A DNA stretch of 64,000 bases from Marinobacter sp. Its GTDB lineage: Bacteria > Pseudomonadota > Gammaproteobacteria > Pseudomonadales > Oleiphilaceae. The stretch spans positions 945 through 64,944 of the forward strand of contig JAGPVT010000114.1 of assembly GCA_018066865.1 (NCBI GenBank), read 5' to 3'. The first letter of the stretch is position 1; each line of letters begins with the position of its first letter. Shown here piece by piece: positions 60,763 through 64,000 of this stretch. A program made the position numbers and the translations under genes. The notes under the pieces were generated by a model. The model did not search any database. It saw only the letters and a list, made by a program, of their open reading frames with translations, and was not told where the DNA came from.

Positions 60763-62277
60763 ATGCCTACGCCGTATCACACACATATCGGGTCGTTTAC
60801 CCGAAAATCAACCTTTTTCTGGGCCGCAGTAGGCGCAACTGTGGGTCTGGCCAATCTTTGGCAGTTTCCCTATCTGGCGAGCCTGCACGGTGGCGGCTTG
60901 TTTATTCTGCTGTATCTCGGGTGTCTGTTGCTGGTCACTCTGCCCCTTATGGTTACCGAAGCCTCGATTGGCCGCTACGCTCGCCATGGCATCGTGCTGG
61001 CGATGGATGGGTTGATACGCAGTGCTAAAAGCTCAAGAGTGTGGATGGCGGCGGGTCGGTTAAGCGTACTGGCTGCCTTTGTTGTGCTGTCGTTTACCGC
61101 GGTTTTTGGTGCCATCGCGTTGGCCTATGTTTTTTTTGGTGCTTTAGGCCGGTTTTCGGGCGCGAGCCAGGCAGAGGCTACCAGTGTGTTGGCCGGGCTT
61201 GTTTCTGACCCAAGGGCGTTTCGCGAGTTTATGGGTTGGCATGCGGTTTTTCTGGTTATGGTGCTTTGGGTGTCCGGGCAGGGTGTGGTTGGCGGGCTTG
61301 AGCGTGCCTTCAGAATTGTGGTCCCAGGCACGCTCATACTCATGCTCGCGTTGTTCGGGCTTGCCGCTTGGCATGGCAGGATTGATGGCGCCATCAGTCA
61401 GATCCTTGAGATGCACCCGGAAGACCTCACCTGGGCCTCCTTGAGAGCAGCGCTGTTCCATGCGTTCTTCACGCTTGGTCTTGGAATGGGGGTGTGGGCT
61501 GTTCTGGGTTCCTATACCACGCCGGATACACGCCTGAAGCGATCCATTCTGGCTGCCGTGTTGATGGACACGCTGGTGGCGATTCTGGCCGGGTTGATGA
61601 TTTTTTCCATGGCAACTGAAAGCAACGTTTTTGATGGCGAACGCGGGTTCAGCCTTCTGTTTGTCTCGCTACCGGTTACGCTTGCACAGCTCCCTGCGAG
61701 TCAGTTCGTTATCGCGACGGTCTTTCTCATGGTGGTGATGATTGTATGGGCGACAGCGCTGGCTTTGCTGGAGCCGGTTGTCGGCTGGTTTCGTGAATGG
61801 ACAGGCGCGCCTAGGGGGTTGTCTGTTGTACTGGTGGGTCTGGCAGTTTGGCTCGCAGGATTGGCCTCCCTGTTATCGTTCAATGTGTGGGCGGAATACC
61901 GGTTGGGTGGTGCGACGGTTTTTCGCTGGCTGGAACTGGCAACCGGGGGATTGATGATTCCTCTGGTGGCGGTTCTCATTGCGCTTTTTACCGGTTGGTG
62001 TCTGACGCGCAATCTTTCGAGAACCATGCTTGGGGCGGCGCCGAAGCTTTTTGGTACAATCTGGTTCTGGGTTATGCGCTTGGTGTTACCTCTGGTTGTT
62101 GTTTATATCGGCATCCATTACACCGCGGCTTCATTGGCAAACCTTTGCGACAACGGCAGCAAAGCATTTTGGTGTGAGCAAGCACCGGGTATGGTTTTCC
62201 AGGGTGAGGGTGGTGAACAGCAATCGTCCCCTGAAAATGCCCCTAAAGACGACGATATCCTTTATCATAACGTCTGA
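60763..62277 (+). CDS. Sodium-dependent transporter (SNF/NSS family)
   Basis: AVGATVGLANLWQFPY, GGGLF, AFFTLGLG; multiple TM segments. Confidence 0.9.
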   Translation: MPTPYHTHIGSFTRKSTFFWAAVGATVGLANLWQFPYLASLHGGGLFILLYLGCLLLVTLPLMVTEASIGRYARHGIVLAMDGLIRSAKSSRVWMAAGRLSVLAAFVVLSFTAVFGAIALAYVFFGALGRFSGASQAEATSVLAGLVSDPRAFREFMGWHAVFLVMVLWVSGQGVVGGLERAFRIVVPGTLILMLALFGLAAWHGRIDGAISQILEMHPEDLTWASLRAALFHAFFTLGLGMGVWAVLGSYTTPDTRLKRSILAAVLMDTLVAILAGLMIFSMATESNVFDGERGFSLLFVSLPVTLAQLPASQFVIATVFLMVVMIVWATALALLEPVVGWFREWTGAPRGLSVVLVGLAVWLAGLASLLSFNVWAEYRLGGATVFRWLELATGGLMIPLVAVLIALFTGWCLTRNLSRTMLGAAPKLFGTIWFWVMRLVLPLVVVYIGIHYTAASLANLCDNGSKAFWCEQAPGMVFQGEGGEQQSSPENAPKDDDILYHNV

Positions 62278-62350
62278 TTGCAGCCTTGTTCGCGCTTGAG
62301 GCGCCTGCAGTCATTATTAAAGCGTATTTGTAAGCAGGACAACCGGTTCA

Positions 62351-62806
62351 ATGCCCCATCAGATTGATAAAACAGCCCTGGTAATGCACTCTGCCGAGCG
62401 CATGTTTCACCTGGTTAATGACATAGCCCGTTATCCGGAGTTTCTTCCTTGGTGTGCGGGGGCCGAGGTTCACCACAATGGCCCGGAACAGATCATGGCG
62501 TCGTTGGAGATAGCCAAGGGAGGCGTGCGCCATAAGCTCACCACTCGCAACCAACTGCTGATGCCAGAGGCCATTGAAATGAACCTGGTAGATGGACCGT
62601 TTCGAAATCTTACGGGTCGCTGGCACTTCAAGGCGCTCAGTGAGAACGCCTGTAAAGTGGTGCTGACGCTGGAGTTCGAGTTTTCAGGCTCGCTGTCGCG
62701 CATGACCTTTGGGCCAATATTCAGTCAGGCGGCGACCACTATGGTGGATGCTTTCTGCCGTCGCGCAGATGACATATACAAGGAGGCGCGTCATGCCTCA
62801 AGTTGA
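62351..62806 (+). CDS. ratA: RatA / Coq10-like START-domain protein
   Basis: LVNDIARYPEFLPWC, TTRN, GPFRNLTGRWHF, AFCRRA. Confidence 0.92.
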   Translation: MPHQIDKTALVMHSAERMFHLVNDIARYPEFLPWCAGAEVHHNGPEQIMASLEIAKGGVRHKLTTRNQLLMPEAIEMNLVDGPFRNLTGRWHFKALSENACKVVLTLEFEFSGSLSRMTFGPIFSQAATTMVDAFCRRADDIYKEARHASS

Positions 62807-63083
62807 AGTGGCGTACGCCCGGCCCGATAAGCAGGAAATCGTTCCCGTGCAGGTGTCAGACGGTGCAACTGCCGTTGAGGCGGTCAAATTGTCAGGCATT
62901 TGCGCAATCTTTCCGGAAATCGACGCAGATTCCATCGATATGGGGATATTCGGCAAGGTTATTAAAAATCCGGCGAATCATGAGTTGCGCGACGGAGACC
63001 GGGTGGAGTTGTATCGCCCGCTCCAGATTGACCCGAAGCAGGCGCGCCTGAACCGGGCCAAAAAGAAAACCGGCCCAGCTTAA
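62793..63083 (+). CDS. rnfH: RnfH / RatB ubiquitin-like protein
   Basis: VEVAYA, GIFGK, LRDGDRVELYRPL.IDPK; AGGAGG RBS before ATG 62793. Confidence 0.9.
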   Translation: MPQVEVAYARPDKQEIVPVQVSDGATAVEAVKLSGICAIFPEIDADSIDMGIFGKVIKNPANHELRDGDRVELYRPLQIDPKQARLNRAKKKTGPA

Positions 63084-63406
63084 TAGGCTGGCGTTTCTTC
63101 CAGAAGCTCTGCTTCGTGATGTGAGTAACGGTCGGCGTCGTAATGCACAATGATACGTTGCTCTTCGATATCACCGCCGCGGCGCTGGAACGTGTACACA
63201 TAGTACTCGCGGGAAGGGTCGACCGGGTTCAGCATCAGCGGGCTGCCGAGTAGCGCCTGAACCTGGCTTCGCGGCATGCCTTCGTTGAGTTTGGCCAGCT
63301 CTTCTTCGGTAACAATGTTGCCTTGCTGGACGTTGATCTTGTAAACGCCCGGGAAAGCGCAACCAGACAGAACGAGAGTGAGAATGAGAGCTGTGAGCTT
63401 TTGCAT
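63080..63406 (-). CDS. bamE: Outer membrane protein assembly factor BamE
   Basis: Lipobox LSGC, YKINVQQGN, GMPRSQV..LLGSP. Confidence 0.93.
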   Translation of the reverse strand: MQKLTALILTLVLSGCAFPGVYKINVQQGNIVTEEELAKLNEGMPRSQVQALLGSPLMLNPVDPSREYYVYTFQRRGGDIEEQRIIVHYDADRYSHHEAELLEETPAY

Positions 63407-63528
63407 CGCCGGAGGAAATCCTCTATCTTGAAATCGCCTGCCAAGGGCAGGTGTGGCACGGGTTAACCGTTAAATGGCGGCTTCATCATACCGGAAGCCG
63501 TGAGGCACACCAAAGAGTGAATAGTAAC

Positions 63529-63939
63529 ATGTCATCTGAAAACGCCGAACTACGAAAAGTCGGTCTTAAAGTAACTCTGCCGAGAGTGAAGATCTTCAAC
63601 ATCCTGGAAAACGCCAAGGACCACCATCTCAGCGCTGAGGATGTGTACAAGCGGCTCCTGGATCAAGGTGATGACGTGGGCCTGGCCACCGTATATCGGG
63701 TATTGACCCAGTTTGAGACGGCAGGGCTGGTGTTGCGTCATAATTTTGAAGGCGGCCATGCAGTATTCGAGATGGCGAGCGAAGATCACCACGATCACAT
63801 GGTTTGCACCCAGACAGGTCAGGTGATTGAGTTTGTCGATGACGTAATAGAAGAGCGTCAGCAGAAAATTGCCAAGGAGCACGGCTACGAAATTGTAGAG
63901 CACAGCCTGATTCTTTACGTTAAGCCCATCAAGTCGTAA
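63529..63939 (+). CDS. fur: Ferric uptake regulator
   Basis: GLKVTLPR, HLSAEDVY, GLATVYRVL, HHDHMVC. Confidence 0.97.
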   Translation: MSSENAELRKVGLKVTLPRVKIFNILENAKDHHLSAEDVYKRLLDQGDDVGLATVYRVLTQFETAGLVLRHNFEGGHAVFEMASEDHHDHMVCTQTGQVIEFVDDVIEERQQKIAKEHGYEIVEHSLILYVKPIKS

Positions 63940-63959
63940 GCGCACAGCGTTACTGATTG

Positions 63960-63991
63960 AAAAAAAGGGGGCAGGCCGTGAAGCCTGCCCC
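63960..63991 (-). terminator. Terminator hairpin after fur (U-tail on the minus strand; possibly bidirectional)
   Basis: A-run then ggggcaggc-cgtgaa-gcctgcccc. Confidence 0.65.
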
Positions 63992-64000
63992 AATAGCTCT

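Noticed and set aside
62351-63083. ratA-rnfH as an island toxin-antitoxin system
   Set aside because: Conserved core genes near smpB, outside the att sites

Overview
Marinobacter-like gammaproteobacterial chromosome segment (genus inferred from gene content). About 1-21 kb is core metabolism: a HAMP-GGDEF fragment, ubiE-ubiJ-ubiB, a wax ester synthase, aldehyde dehydrogenase, fumC, msrA/msrB, mqo, an ATP-grasp ligase paired with a 674-aa protein carrying a papain-like triad, and cheV. About 21-24 kb is a deletion-scarred relic plus doxX and a dioxygenase. A ~33.8 kb CP4-57/P4-like genomic island (24274-58110) is integrated in the 3' end of tmRNA (ssrA, 58097-58459, minus strand). It is bounded by a 29-bp perfect direct repeat and GTTACCCRCA arm-type repeats and has an intact tyrosine integrase. 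Its cargo looks mostly like defence: a 1700-aa nuclease-STAND (Avs-like) protein, and a PIN / ART-like / DUF499 / DUF1156 methylase / GmrSD / PLD-SNF2 helicase cluster. It also holds an operon I cannot match to a known system: a 44-aa Gly/Lys/Asn-rich peptide, a hairpin, a HicA-like protein and an HTH-TPR-ankyrin protein, which is my best candidate for a new system. The window ends with a second WS/DGAT, smpB, an SNF transporter, ratA-rnfH, bamE and fur. All family calls come from motif recognition by eye; no searches were run.
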